A stretch of DNA of 64,000 bases from Eledone cirrhosa (lineage: Eukaryota): NCBI GenBank assembly GCA_964016885.1, contig OZ024756.1:11532001-11596000 (forward strand). Direction: 5' to 3'. The position numbers were made by a program, and so were the translations under genes. The notes beneath the pieces were generated by a model. The model was given only the letters and a program-made list of their open reading frames with translations, was not told where the DNA came from and searched no databases. Every line of letters starts with the position of its first letter. The first letter of the stretch is position 1. Positions 40,191 through 53,800 of this stretch are shown piece after piece.

Positions 40191-40697
40191 GATAAGAAAC
40201 AATGTGAAGTATTTTGTTGAAGAAAACAACACACCACCTCGTCCAGGAAGCGAACCACAAGGCTGTGAACTCCAATTAGATTCTAATTATATTTCATTCT
40301 TGAAGTGACCTCACAGAAGTGCTACTACCCTGAGGTAAGGGATTATTAAGGTTAGCTATTCTACCTAATTAACAAGTTATTCTATCACCAAGCATATCTG
40401 TTTCTGTGTGTGCCTCAGGTGTGTATAGCGTGGTGTGTGTGTGTGAGAGAGAGAATCTCATTGTGAATGTTGTGTATCTATGAATGTGTATGTGAATTTG
40501 TGTGTTGTACATGTGCAAATTTCTGTGTTGTACATGTGCATATCTTGCACTGATGAGCCTGTGCATGTGTGTGCACTTAGTTTATCATTGTTAGTGTGTG
40601 CACTTGGGTTATCATGTTAGTGTGTGTGTGTGCTGCAGTACATGTTTGTGTGTGTGTGTGCGCACTTCGTTATCGTGTTAGTGTGTGTTGCAGTACA

Positions 40698-40736
<39 letters not shown>

Positions 40737-40819
40737 ACTTGGTTATCATGTTAGTGTGTGTGCTGCAGTACATGTGCATATGTATCTAAATGTGATATTG
40801 TTGAGAAAATTAAGCAAGC

Positions 40820-41115
40820 AGTGACTGAGTAGCTTAGGGACTGGAAGGTGGTGCCCCAGCGTGGTCAGTCTAGTGACTGAGCATCCTAAGTAGTGGAGTT
40901 GATCAACTAAACACTGGAAGGTGGTGCCCCAGCATGGCCACAGTCCAGTGACTGAACATCCTAAGTACTGGGGTTGATATGATCAACTAAACACTGGAAG
41001 GTGGTGCCCCAGCATGGCCACAGTCTAGTGACTGAGCATCCTAAGTACTGGGGTTGATATGATCAACCAAACACTGGAAGGTGGTGCCCCAGCATGGCCA
41101 CAGTCCAGTGACTGT
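40820..41115. repeat. About 80-bp tandem repeat (3-4 copies)
   Basis: ctggaaggtggtgccccagcatggccacagtc..gtgactga units. Confidence 0.8.
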
Positions 41116-42235
41116 TACAAAGTTGAATTGCTTGAAAGCTTAAATCCTGATTAATTGGATTAGATAAAATTAACCATATTCAAAGAATATACTTCTTTCG
41201 TTTATCGTTATTAACAATCTGATGATATTTTAAAATTAAAATCTTACTCAAAACATTCTCATTTTTGTATCAGCTTTATTTATATTTTGTGTAAAGTTCA
41301 CACTTCAGACTGGTTTATGCTGATAAAATCAGGTTTCATTTAAAAAGACAGTAATTTGACCATTTCAGAGTTACGTGCCCTTTGAACTGTGATCACTTTC
41401 AGAGTTACATGCCCTTTGAACTGTGAAGACATGAAAAGAGTTAATGTTCTGATCTCTTATCAAAATCTAATTTCTCCACGTTGACTTTTCTACGTATGAC
41501 ACAGACAGTGGCTGATGACTGTGTGTGTTTGTGTGTATATATATGATATGATATGATGTGTGTATGTGTATGTGTGTGTTTGTATGTATGCGTGCGCACG
41601 CTTGTATGTATGTATGTGTCTCTGTGTGTGTAGAAATTAGGTTGCTAGAAAACTAGTTTGGTAAGGTCACATGATTTGAAATACAGATGAGGACATGCTA
41701 CTTTTCAAACTCTACTCTGTTAGGAATAATTTTCATTTAATTCATGGTTAAAGGTGAATGAATGTTCACTTTATAAATAATACGCTTCATTAATTTGTGT
41801 TAAATTTGTGACAATCTTCATATCTCACATGACACGAGAATTCTGAACGTACATACACATACATACACACATACATTATAACGTTTATATATATATGAGA
41901 GAGAGAGAGAGATAGTGAGAAAGATAGAGAGAGATAGAGATCAGGATTAAACCAGTTTGAAACTAGTTAGGCCATTATTCAACAGAGTACTCGATATTTG
42001 GGATAGTAGAGTGTAAATATTGTAGAGAGTCAGAGCCCAACAGCTGAGCTCTTGCTTTTTCGACAGCAAATTCCACACAAGACTCTGGAATTTAGCGTCA
42101 AAATGATAAAAGCTCAGCCATATATATATATACAATCATTGTTTAAAGTCTATTTTCCAAACTTGCATTTACATTACTGTATATATGCTGTTGTATTTTT
42201 GTGGTAAAGGCTTTACCTCACATAATTATCTCATA

Positions 42236-42423
42236 GGGCGGTGAATTGGCAGTATCGGTAGAGGGTCTGACGCCATGCTTTCCAGCATAGTTACGTCCCT
42301 TTACGATCTGAGTTCAAATCCCGCCGATGTTGACTTTGCCTTTCATCCTTACGGGGTCGATAAGATAAAGCACCAGTAATGCACTGGGGTAATTGCTGGC
42401 CTTGTGCCTAAAGTAGAAATAAT
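42236..42423 (+). mobile_element. SINE family 1 nested in a piggyBac-type MITE (about 42165-42549)
   Basis: The SINE interrupts MITE sequence homologous to 54462-54682. Confidence 0.85.
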
Positions 42424-42945
42424 AATATTGAATCTATGAGATTTTGATGATATTTATTTTAGGAACAATACCTTAACATCAGTATGAACGGCTGGTTTGA
42501 ACAGAAAGAGGCGAGAGAATTATGGCCGGTTTAAATGCTATCGGGTTAAATGGGCTGTTATGTGAGGCCAGACAGGTCAGGTGACCATGTCTTGCTCTCA
42601 TGCAATCTGTTTTGGAGGTTGGTTTTCTATGGCTGGGTGCCCTTCCTAACGCCAAATACATACACATACACACACACAGCTATTTAGTCAGTTGTATGAA
42701 TGTTACTTATTATCATATATATATATAGTTATACTTGGGGAGGGTCATATTGTTATAATATTGCCAGAAATAACAGAACACATTTACTGTTTGGTTTGGG
42801 TTGGTTTTTGCTTCTGTATCATTTATATCTCTATAGTTAATTTATCTGCCAATCAAAGTTTATCACTGATTGACCAGCAGTTAAAAATAGAGATATAAAT
42901 ATATATAGAAATTACATGAATCAAAGTTCTGTTTAAATCATTTAT

Positions 42946-42994
42946 TTGCTTACAATTGTTTCTTCCAAACCGAGGTTTGGAGTCTTCGGAGCAA
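42946..42994 (-). ncRNA. Hammerhead ribozyme with CCGAAGA core variant
   Basis: TTGCT-CCGAAGA-CTCCAAACC tc GGTTTGGAA-GAAA-CAATTG-TA-AGCAA. Confidence 0.7.
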
Positions 42995-43174
42995 TTATTC
43001 AGTGATTTTTTTTTACATACTTGACCTCCTTTTCAACACAAGAGACATATAGAAACATATGTATATATTGACCCACAGTGGGTTGACATCCATCATAATA
43101 AAATAAATATATATATATATAAATATATATATAGATATATATATAAATAAATATATATATATATAAATATATAT

Positions 43175-43243
<69 letters not shown>

Positions 43244-43252
43244 TATAATAGA

Positions 43253-45931
43253 GTGAACGACAGAATAATTAAAATAAGACTTGTCCTCAATAAAACTACG
43301 GTGACAGTAATATCTGCGTACGCACCCCAATCCGGACTGCCCGGCGCTATGAAAGACAGATTCTACGAGACACTGATGCTCGCTACCTCCCAAATAACCG
43401 ACAGTGACTATATAGTTATTGCAGGCGACCTAAATGGTCACGTTGGACAACATTGTGACGGCTATGACGGAATCCATGGAGGCTATGGGTTCGGTACTAG
43501 AAATGAGGAAGGCTCCAGAATCCTGGAATTCTGCGACGCAAATAACTTAACTATCTGTAACACTAACTTCAAAAAACGAGACAATCACTTGATCACCTAT
43601 AGATCGAGGGAACACACAAGCCAGGTAGATTATATCCTTACCAGAAGACGTGACAGAGTGTCTGTTGTTAACACTAAATCCCACCCCCATGAAGAATTCA
43701 CCTCCCAACATAGACTGATAATTAGCGACCTCATAGTCAGGACGAGACGTACTAGACAGCGGAAGAGGACTATCCCCAGGAGAAAAATATGGAAGCTAAA
43801 GGACCCCATAGCCAGAAATAAATTTCAAAGCATATTACTTGACGCTTTCGACAGTAAGGAAGAGCAATTAGAGTCGTATAATATAGAGGAACAGTGGGAA
43901 TTCCTGAGAGCAAACCTGCTGACGGCGGCAGACGAAGTCTGTGGCTGGAGCAGGCCTGTAGGTAGGAGGAGAGTAACATGGTGGTGGAACAGTAAGGTGG
44001 AGGAGTCAATTAAGGCCAAAAAGCAGGCTTGGAAAGTATGGCGGGATGGGGGAAGTAGAGAAGACTATCAAGTGGCCAGGAGGGAAGCTAGGAGACAAGT
44101 GTACTTCGCAAGAAGGGAAGCAGAGGAAAGAAAGTTCAAGCATGTTCTACAACGTGAGGACCAAAAACGTGAGGTGTTCAGGATTGCCAGGCAATGTGTC
44201 AAGGAAAACCGTGATATTGTCGGGGAGAAGTGTGTACTTAACGATGATGGCATACTTGCCATCACCGACGCTGATAAGAAGGTAGCTTGGAAGTGTCACT
44301 ACGAAAGGCTTCTAAATGAGGAGAACAAATGGGAGAAAGACAGTCTCCCCCAGATCGATCCAATAGAGGGACCAGCAGTGTTAGTTGAAGGTAGTATAAT
44401 AAGTAAGGCAATCAAAGATATGAAGACGGGTAAGGCGGCTGGGCCTTCGGAAATAGTTGCTGAGATGCTGAAGGCATCTGGTTCGGTGGGACACACCATG
44501 GTCACCCGGATAGTTAACCAAGTCGTACAGAATGGGGTTGTTCCGAAGGAATGGCGTAGCAGCATCATCGTTAACTGCTATAAGGGAAAAGGAGATGCCC
44601 TAGATAGGAGTAACTATAGAGGCATTAAATTAATCGACCAGGTCATGAAGGTCACGGAAAAAGTAATAGCGCAACTAATCAGAGAGAGAATTGATCTAGA
44701 TGAAATGCAGTTCGGGTTTGTGTCAGGCAAAAGTACCACAGACGCTCTTTTCATTGTACGACAACTACAGGAGAAGTACCTAGCTAAAAGTAAACCCCTA
44801 TACTTAGCTTTCGTCGACTTGGAGAAAGCCTTCGACAGAGTCCCCCGTTCCATTATCTGGTGGTCTCTTAGAAAACTAGGTGTTGACGAATGGCTTGTGA
44901 GAGCTATACAAGCCATGTATAAAGAAACAGTCAGTAAGGTTAGAATTAACAACGAATATAGTGAAGAGTTTAGCGTAAAAGTTGGTGTCCATCAGGGCTC
45001 TGTTCTTAGCCCCCTACTATTTATTATTGCCCTTCAGGCTATAACAGAGGAGTTCAAGACCGGCTGCCCATGGGAACTCCTATACGCAGATGATCTAACG
45101 CTCATAGCTGAATCAATGACCGAACTAGAGAAGAAATTCCAAACATGGAAGCACGGCCTAGAATCAAAAGGCCTTAAAATTAACCTGGCTAAGACTAAAG
45201 TTCTAGTTTGTAGGAAAGAAAATAAGGCGGCGGTCCCATCTGGGAAATGGCCATGCTCAGTGTGTAGGAAAGGCGTAGGTAGAAACTCCATTTTATGTCC
45301 CAAATGCAAAGTATGGGTGCATAAAAGATGTAGTGGGATCACAGGTAAGCTAACTAAGAACATAGATTTTACATGTGGCCGGTGCTCTGGTGCAATAAGT
45401 AGCAGCAAGTGCCCACAAAATACTAGCTCCTTCAACTGCGCAGAGGGTTCTATAGAAATAGTGGACAGCTTCCGTTATCTGGGTGACAAAATCAGCAGTG
45501 GGGGAGGGTGCTCTGAAAGTACAGTAGCTAGAGTCAGAACTGGATGGAAAAAGTTCAGAGAGCTTATACCACTATTAGCTGCTAGAGGGTTCTCCCTAAA
45601 AATGAAAGGCAGGTTATACGATGCCTGCATACGAACAGCAATGCTGCATGGCAGTGAGACCTGGGCATTGTGTGCAGAGGATATACGCAGACTAGAGAGG
45701 AACGAAGCTTGCATGCTCCGCTGGATGTGCAATAGTAATATACGTGAACGGCAAAGCATAAACGAACTAAGGAAAAAATTAGAAATAAGAGGGATCAGAT
45801 GTTGTTTACTCGAGAGAAGGCTACGTTGGTACGGTCACGTGATGCGCATGAAAGACGACAGCTGTATAACAAAGTGCAGGGCAATAAAGATAGACGGTAG
45901 CCACGGAGTAGGCAGACCCAGAAAAACATAG
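43253..45931 (+). CDS. RTE-clade LINE ORF: partial AP endonuclease, reverse transcriptase, PHD-like Zn finger; 5'-truncated, premature stop near the C-terminus
   Basis: 892-codon open frame with [25 protein letters not shown] (APE); [39 protein letters not shown] (RT); C4HC3 finger; [17 protein letters not shown] then TAG where the copy at 33090 has TGG; the frame continues to about 46039. Confidence 0.95.
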   Translation: MNDRIIKIRLVLNKTTVTVISAYAPQSGLPGAMKDRFYETLMLATSQITDSDYIVIAGDLNGHVGQHCDGYDGIHGGYGFGTRNEEGSRILEFCDANNLTICNTNFKKRDNHLITYRSREHTSQVDYILTRRRDRVSVVNTKSHPHEEFTSQHRLIISDLIVRTRRTRQRKRTIPRRKIWKLKDPIARNKFQSILLDAFDSKEEQLESYNIEEQWEFLRANLLTAADEVCGWSRPVGRRRVTWWWNSKVEESIKAKKQAWKVWRDGGSREDYQVARREARRQVYFARREAEERKFKHVLQREDQKREVFRIARQCVKENRDIVGEKCVLNDDGILAITDADKKVAWKCHYERLLNEENKWEKDSLPQIDPIEGPAVLVEGSIISKAIKDMKTGKAAGPSEIVAEMLKASGSVGHTMVTRIVNQVVQNGVVPKEWRSSIIVNCYKGKGDALDRSNYRGIKLIDQVMKVTEKVIAQLIRERIDLDEMQFGFVSGKSTTDALFIVRQLQEKYLAKSKPLYLAFVDLEKAFDRVPRSIIWWSLRKLGVDEWLVRAIQAMYKETVSKVRINNEYSEEFSVKVGVHQGSVLSPLLFIIALQAITEEFKTGCPWELLYADDLTLIAESMTELEKKFQTWKHGLESKGLKINLAKTKVLVCRKENKAAVPSGKWPCSVCRKGVGRNSILCPKCKVWVHKRCSGITGKLTKNIDFTCGRCSGAISSSKCPQNTSSFNCAEGSIEIVDSFRYLGDKISSGGGCSESTVARVRTGWKKFRELIPLLAARGFSLKMKGRLYDACIRTAMLHGSETWALCAEDIRRLERNEACMLRWMCNSNIRERQSINELRKKLEIRGIRCCLLERRLRWYGHVMRMKDDSCITKCRAIKIDGSHGVGRPRKT

Positions 45932-46039
45932 GACGAGCTGATAAATTCCGACCTCACACGCTTACACCTCTCCAAGACAATGTCACTGGACCGAGACCTT
46001 TCGCGGTACTCAGTAATAGAGAAGACCCGCCTTACCTAA

Positions 46040-46547
46040 ATACAAAGTAAAAACCTACTACAGTCAGTAGGCATCTCTATCAAAACACACCACCGTCCCA
46101 CCACCTCCACCCCACCCACACCGCCCCTTTCAATGTAAAGTTATGTTGGTCCCACAACATCCAGGCCGAAACAAATGAGATCGTGTAGGTGTCACGACAA
46201 AAAACACACAGTCCACGCTGTAAATGTGGCCGTGTAGGCAACACGGTAAAAACCTCCCAGCCCCACACTGTAAATGTGGTTGGTGTTAGGAAGGGCATCC
46301 AGCTGTAGAAAACCCGCCAGACAGTCCACGCTGTAATGTGGCCGTGTAGGCAACACGGTAAAAACCTCCCAGCCCCACACTGTAAATGTGGTTGGTGTTA
46401 GGAAGGGCATCCAACTGTAGAAAACCCGCCAGACAGTCCTATGCGAGCAAGACAACCACTCTTGCCTCAAGTGGGAAAACCCCCGTCCAAACCCATGCAA
46501 GCGTGGAACACGGACGCTAAACCTGATGATGATGATGATGATGATGA
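46040..46547 (+). mobile_element. Putative 3' UTR of the RTE with duplicated Meta-like domain and (TGA)n tail
   Basis: Directly follows the ORF; about 120-bp tandem duplication containing GGTGTTAGGAAGGGCATCC. Confidence 0.7.
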
Positions 46548-46550
46548 AAT

Positions 46551-46581
<31 letters not shown>

Positions 46582-46644
46582 AATATATATAAATATATAT
46601 ATAAATATATATATATATAAATATATATAAATATATATAAATAT

Positions 46645-46675
<31 letters not shown>

Positions 46676-46714
46676 AATATATATAAATATATATATAAAT
46701 ATATATATAAATAT

Positions 46715-46785
<71 letters not shown>

Positions 46786-46788
46786 GTC

Positions 46789-46832
46789 TATCAAAGTTCT
46801 TTCGTCACACATCTGTGACATCATCAGTGGTA
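46789..46832 (-). ncRNA. Hammerhead ribozyme, family E
   Basis: TACCA-CTGATGA-T-GTCACA gatg TGTGAC-GAAA-GAAC-TT-TGATA. Confidence 0.72.
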
Positions 46833-46978
46833 CTATTATGTTTCTTCCCATTGTATTTTAATGCCTACGCCATTTTTATTCAATTTATTTATTTATTTAT
46901 TTATTCTATTTATTTATTTTATTTATTCTTGTCTCTGTCTCTGCGTGTGTGTTTCACATATATATATATATATATATA

Positions 46979-47308
46979 TCATCATCATCATCATCATCAT
47001 CAGGTTTAGCGTCCGTGTTCCATGCTTGCATGGGTTTGGACGGGGGTTTTCACACTTGAGGCAAGAGTGGTTGTCTTGCTCGCATAGGACTGTCTGGCGG
47101 GTTTTCTACAGTTGGATGCCCTTCCTAACACCAACCACATTTACAGTGTGGGGCTGGGAGGTTTTTACCGTGTTGCCTACACGGCCACATTACAGCGTGG
47201 ACTGTCTGGCGGGTTTTCTACAGCTGGATGCCCTTCCTAACACCAACCACATTTACAGTGTGGGGCTGGGAGGTTTTTACCGTGTTGCCTACACGGCCAC
47301 ATTTACAG
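46979..47308 (-). mobile_element. Inverted copy of the RTE 3' end 46215-46545
   Basis: Near-identical reverse complement including the internal duplication. Confidence 0.85.
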
Positions 47309-47317
47309 TGTATATGC

Positions 47318-47363
<46 letters not shown>

Positions 47364-47552
47364 CAACTTGTGAAGTGGTGGTGTTAATTACTTGTCTCAT
47401 GTAAACTCAACACCTCTCCTCGCACATCCAACAAGTTTTTAAGATATTGTTTTCTATCAATAACTAATGATGATGTAATACAACCAATCATTACTTCACT
47501 GCCATCATTTCACATTTTATCTACCCTAGTTCACACTCTGATTACAACAGTG

Positions 47553-47601
<49 letters not shown>

Positions 47602-47656
47602 AATACACACACATATAGATACACATACATATATATAGATTCACACACTGATACAT

Positions 47657-47687
<31 letters not shown>

Positions 47688-47959
47688 AATACACACACAT
47701 ATAGATACACGTGGAGGTGCCACAGCAAAAAAGCACCCAGCCCACACTGTAAAGTGGACGTGTAGGCGCCACGAAAAAGCACCCAGCACTCACTGTAAAG
47801 GAGGTTGGTGTTAGGAAGGGCATCCAGCTGTAGAAATCAAGCCAGACCAGTTCCTGTATGAGCAAGGCATGGTCAGCCGACCAGACACTGCCCACAACAG
47901 GACAACCCGTCTAACCCATGCTAGCGTGTAAGAACGGACGTAAAACGGTGATGATGATG

Positions 47960-48570
47960 ATGATTCACACACTGATACATACATATATATACACACACAC
48001 ACACAAATACACACACATATAGATGCACATACATATATAGATTCACACACTGATACATACATATATATACACACACAAATACACACACATATAGATTCAC
48101 ACACTGATACATACATATATATACACACACACACACAAATACACACACATATAGATACACATACATATATTGATTCACAGACTGATACATACATATATAT
48201 ACACACACAAATACACACACATATAGATTCACACACTGATACATACATATATACACACACACACACAAATACACACACATATAGATACACATACATATAT
48301 AGATTCACACACTGATACATACATATATATACACACACACACACAAATACACACACATATAGATACACATACATATATAGATTCACACACTGATACATAC
48401 ATATATATACACACACACACAAATACACACACATATAGATACACATACATATATAGATTCACACACTGATACATACATATATATACACACACACACACAC
48501 AAATACACACATCTATAGATACACATACATATATAGATACACACACTGATACATACATATATATACACAC
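47960..48570. repeat. Compound minisatellite (about 60-70 bp, gattcacacactgatacatac...)
   Basis: Tandem units. Confidence 0.85.
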
Positions 48571-48920
48571 ACATACATGTATAGATACACACACATATAC
48601 ACACACACATGCACATATATATAAATAAAGATGTGGTTTCACTCTCCCATGTACATCAATACTCAGCTTTTACCATTTCTTAGACGGTTCTAAACCCCAC
48701 TATCGGGCTAAAATTTCTTTAGTCAAAAATACGGTGAAAGCATCTACTTCTATTTTCAAACTCGCTCACTGTTTCAAACTTGCTGGTGTATATATCATCA
48801 TCATCATTTCATTTTACGTCTGCTTTTTCCCTGCTTGCAAGTGTGGGACGGGAACTGATTCTGGCTTGATTTCTACAGCTGGATGCCCTTCCTAACACCA
48901 ACCTCATTTACAGTATATAT

Positions 48921-49400
48921 ATGGTGAAAGAGTGAAGAATAACATGGTCAACAGTACAAAAAGGCTTTTATTTACAGTATTAACAATTGTTTCATTGATT
49001 AAGTTGTCTAAACATTGCTAATCACTTGAAGCTGTGCCACTCAATTTTAAATACAATGTATGCTTAATCAAATCATTGGAAAAACTGACTTTTTCTGATT
49101 TGATTAAGCATACACCGTATTTAAAATTGAGTGACGCAACTTCAAGTGATTAGCAATTTTTAGACAACTTTATCAATGAAACAATTGTTAATACTGTAAA
49201 TAAAACCCTTTTTGTACTGTTGACCATCTTATTCTTCACTCTTTCACTATTATTACTCCAAGATTAACCTACATAGGAACTCCCGAGAACTCACAAACTT
49301 GCTACCTAAGGAAACCTCTTGTTGAGTCAAACAACGCTGTATGCTAAAACTATCCACAATACAGAGTGTTCACAACCTCTAACTGGATTACCTATAACGA
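48921..49400 (+). mobile_element. Fold-back mini-element (about 165-bp arms + tail) with degenerate long-stem-II HHR
   Basis: 48921-49084 inverted to 49090-49250; CTGA(---)-T-TTGATTAAG...CTT(T/A)ATCAA-T-GAAA-CAATTG-TT-AATACTG at 49091-49196. Confidence 0.7.
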
Positions 49401-49412
49401 TAATTTGTTATC

Positions 49413-49462
<50 letters not shown>

Positions 49463-49848
49463 TTATGTGTGTGCGTTTATATATATATAGTGTGTGAACA
49501 ACTTCCCCAAATAGAATGTTAAAACATAGACTGAAAAAGAACATTAGAATCCGTGACTTCAAAGACTGTCAGACAAACATGTCTACACTTCATTCTTTTG
49601 TTTCTCAGACTTTCTTTCACTTTGCACTAAATGTCTTTCAATAAAACCAAACAAATTCCACATCTTTCATTTGTGGTATATATCTATTTATTGCATCTTT
49701 TCCTTATCTTATATATATATATCTATATGTATTGATAATACATTGGTGTATTGGAATAATTTTGGTAAATTTGAAATTTTCGACAAGATTAAATTTTCAT
49801 ATAATAATTTTGTTTGTTCGTGCATTAATAATAGACTTTATATAAAAG

Positions 49849-50390
49849 ACTAGCAGAAAACCACCCGGTGGGCGGTTTTCTGTTAGCAAATCTAGTGTAT
49901 ATACTGATATTGTTGAGATTTGGATGAGAAATGTTTTTGGCACCACATGTTCACCGTCTCTCTCGGTGTGTCTTTTATGCATGTATAAATTTATATGTTA
50001 TCTATACGGTGAGATCTTTGAAATAAATATATGTTAAAACGAAAAAGGAGAAAAAGTGATTAGTGACGGAAATATAAACGTTATGATACCTAAACGTTAT
50101 GATATAACGATGGAAATATATCTTCAAATGGTCCTTGGCATGGTGTCAAGTCAGAACCGCCTCGAACTGGTTACTTCTGGCTTGTGCAAGGTGTCTCTAT
50201 AGCAACCAGCGATTCCCTCGGCCTCAGTGACCAAAGTCAGTGGAGAGGGGAAGGTAATGTTTCTATAGCGACAGTGTTTCTCTTGGTAGTACCAAAGTGG
50301 AGAAAGGAAGGGGAAGGTAATATTTCTGTAGCACCTACATTTGAGTTTTAGGGAAGGACAGACAGACAAACAGAGAAATGCCCATATATT
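49849..50390 (-). mobile_element. Possible non-autonomous Helitron-like fragment
   Basis: Minus strand ends in a GC hairpin + CTAG|T at about 49850, with a (TCTG)n-type motif near the other end; weak. Confidence 0.3.
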
Positions 50391-50392
50391 TC

Positions 50393-50425
<33 letters not shown>

Positions 50426-50471
50426 TACACACACAGAAATGTATATATATTTCTGTGTGTGTATATATATA

Positions 50472-50512
<41 letters not shown>

Positions 50513-50556
50513 CACACACAGAAATGTATATATATTTCTGTGTGTATATATATATA

Positions 50557-50591
<35 letters not shown>

Positions 50592-50737
50592 TACACACAC
50601 AGAAATGTATATATATTTCTTAGAACAAAATTATTATTAATGTTTTGCTGTTCATAACAATTGGAATTGAAAAATTACTTTTGAAATTATTAGTTATTTT
50701 ACTAATGCTTAGATATGTAAAAATGAAGCAATGTTTC

Positions 50738-50931
50738 TAATAATTGTTTCTACTTTTGGCACAAGGCCAGCAATTACCCAGTACATTACTGGTACTTTAT
50801 TTTATCGACCCCGTGAGGATGAAAGGCAAAGTTAACCTCGGCGGTATTTGAACTCAGACCGTAAAGGGACGTAACTCCATGCTATGAAGCATGGTGTCCG
50901 ACTCTCTACAGATTCTGCCAATCCACCGCCC
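50738..50931 (-). mobile_element. SINE family 1
   Basis: Full-length match. Confidence 0.85.
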
Positions 50932-51423
50932 TAATGTCTGTACGTAATGAGGGAGTGAGAGGGGAGAGAGAGAAAGGCAGAGGTGAAGTGATGAAGTGAC
51001 ACTCTCCTCTTCCTCCATCTCCCCATTCGTCTCAGCGATAGAGGGGAGGAATGTTAGTGTGTTACAAAGAGAAAGAGTGAGAGTGAGAGAAACAGACAGA
51101 CTAAAAGAGAGGGATAGCTGGAGAGAGATAGCAACCACGCGCGCACGTGTTTCCACTGTCGGACAGACAGACAGAAAAATTGCTGGTTATATATTATAAG
51201 GAGATATTGTTGGCCCCAGGTCAGCCTTCTTTGAGCAGACTTACCACACCAAACATTCTTCTGTAGAGCATTGCATATTAGGAACTGCACTAGTCAATAT
51301 ATATATAGATGGATCTAGCTGTTGAAATGGTCTGAGCTCAGCCATCAGGGTCTTGAATTTTTCATGTATATATATATATATATATATAAGAAGAAATTAA
51401 AAGATGGGTAAAAAAGTTCCATG

Positions 51424-51494
51424 TATTTTATTATGCGCATTTCAAAAACAAATATCATCCTGGGACAATATTTGCGTTCTCATCAGATAAAATA
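51424..51494 (-). ncRNA. Type I hammerhead ribozyme, family A
   Basis: TATTTTAT-CTGATGA-GAACGCAAATATTGTCC ca GGATGATATTTGTTTTT-GAAA-TGCGCA-TA-ATAAAATA. Confidence 0.85.
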
Positions 51495-51621
51495 GGGAAA
51501 TTTTTTTAACCATCTTTTAATTTCTTCTTATATATATATACTCCAGTCCAATAAACTGTTGAATGCTACTTATCCGATATTTGCATTGCTTTATTGTTCT
51601 TCAATAAAATTCACCTCTTAC

Positions 51622-51699
<78 letters not shown>

Positions 51700-51961
51700 T
51701 TATAGAATAAAATGATAGGGGGCCCAACAGGTTGAATTCTTTCAATTATTCTTTTCTGCAAACACTGCACACTTGTCCAAGGTGTCACACAGTGGGAATG
51801 AACCTGAAACTATGTGGCTGCAAGGCAAACACTTTAACCACACAACCATACCTACACCTATACTACCACCTTAACCATACATCTATAGCTACACCCATAA
51901 TACCACCTTAACCGCACACCCATGACTGCTAAGATAAGAACAGTCTAATACTTATAATGCT

Positions 51962-52555
51962 GATAGTTTTATTTTTACATTAGACTCCGCCATAGTATTT
52001 TTGCATTAGACCCCGCCATAGTATTTTTACATTAGACCCCGCCATAGTATTTTTACATTAGACCCCGCCATAGTATTTTTACATTAGACCCCGCCATAGT
52101 ATTTTTACATTAGATGCCTCCATAGTATTTTTACATTAGACGCCTCCATAGTATTTTTACATTAGACGCCTCCATAGTATTTTTACATTAGACGCCTCCA
52201 TAGTATTTTTACATTAGACGCTTCCATAGTATTTTTACATTAGACGCCTCCATAGTATTTTTACATTAGACGCCTCCATAGTATTTTTACATTAGACGCC
52301 TCCATAGTATTTTTACATTAGACGCCTCCATAGTATTTTTACATTAGACGCCTCCATAGTATTTTTACATTAGACGCCTCCATAGTATTTTTACATTAGA
52401 CCGCCTCCATAGTATTTTTACATTAGACGCCTCCATAGTATTTTTACATTAGACGCTTCCGTAGTATTTTTACATTAGACGCCTCCGTAGTATTTTTACA
52501 TTAGACCCCTCCATAGTATTTTTACATTAGACCCCTCCATAGTATTTTTACATTA
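51962..52555. repeat. 26-bp tandem array (about 22 copies)
   Basis: catagtatttttacattagacgcctc. Confidence 0.92.
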
Positions 52556-52787
52556 ATGACACTGTTTTAAAAATATTCTAAAATGTTATTTTTTCCTTGA
52601 CCTATGAAGTTTTGTTAACGATACCAAATTATAACAAATTATAACAAATTAATAGACAATTAATCATATCACACATTATCACGACTTATTATTGTACACA
52701 GCTGTCAGACTTCCAAAATATAGTTCAGACATTTGTTAAAAATTGATTAAATTTTCTTAGTTTACGCAACACACCTTCAGATTATTG

Positions 52788-53800
52788 GTGACACACTGAA
52801 GTGACACTCAAATGATAGACTGAAGTGACACTCAAATGATATACTGAAGTGACACTGAAATGACACACTGAAGTGACATACTGAAGTGACACACTGAAGT
52901 GACACACTGAAGTGACACACTGAAGTGACACTCAAAATACACTGAAGTGACATACTGAAATGACACTGAAATGACATACTGAAGTGACATTGAAGTGACA
53001 CATTGTACTGAAGTGACACTGAAGTGACACTGAAATGACAACTGAAGTGGCACACTGAAATGTCACTGAAGTGACACTGAAATGACAACTGAAGTGGCAC
53101 ACTGAAATGTCACTGAAGTGACACTGAAGTGACACTGAAATGACAACTGAAGTGGCACACTGAAATGTCACTGAAGTGACACTGAAGTGACACTGAAATG
53201 ACAACTGAAGTGGCACACTGAAATGTCACTGAAGTGACACTGAAGTGACACTGAAGTGACACTGAAGTGACACTGAAATGACAACTGAAGTGGCACACTG
53301 AAATGTCACTGAAGTGACACTGAAGTGACACTAAAGTGACATACTGAAGTGACACACTGAAATGTCACTGAAGTGACACTGAAGTGACACTGAAGTGACA
53401 CTGAAGTGACACTGAAGTGACACTGAAGTGACACTAAAGTGACATACTGAAGTGACACACTGAAATGACACTGAAGTGACACTGAAGTGACACTGAAGTG
53501 ACACTGAAGTGACACTGAAGTGACACTGAAGTGACACTGTAATGACACTGTAATGACACTGAAGTGACACTGAAGTGACACACTGAAGTGACACACTGAA
53601 GTGACACACTGAAGTGACACTGAAATGTCACTGAAGTGACACTGAAGTGACACTGAAGTGACACTGAAATGACACTGAAGTGACACACTCAAATGACACA
53701 CTGAAATGACACTGAAATGACACACTGAAGTGACACACTGAAATGACACACTGAAGTGACACACTGAAATGACACACTGAAGTGACACTGCAGTGGCACA
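52788..53800. repeat. 11-13 bp minisatellite (ctgaagtgaca)
   Basis: Direct tandem units. Confidence 0.92.
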
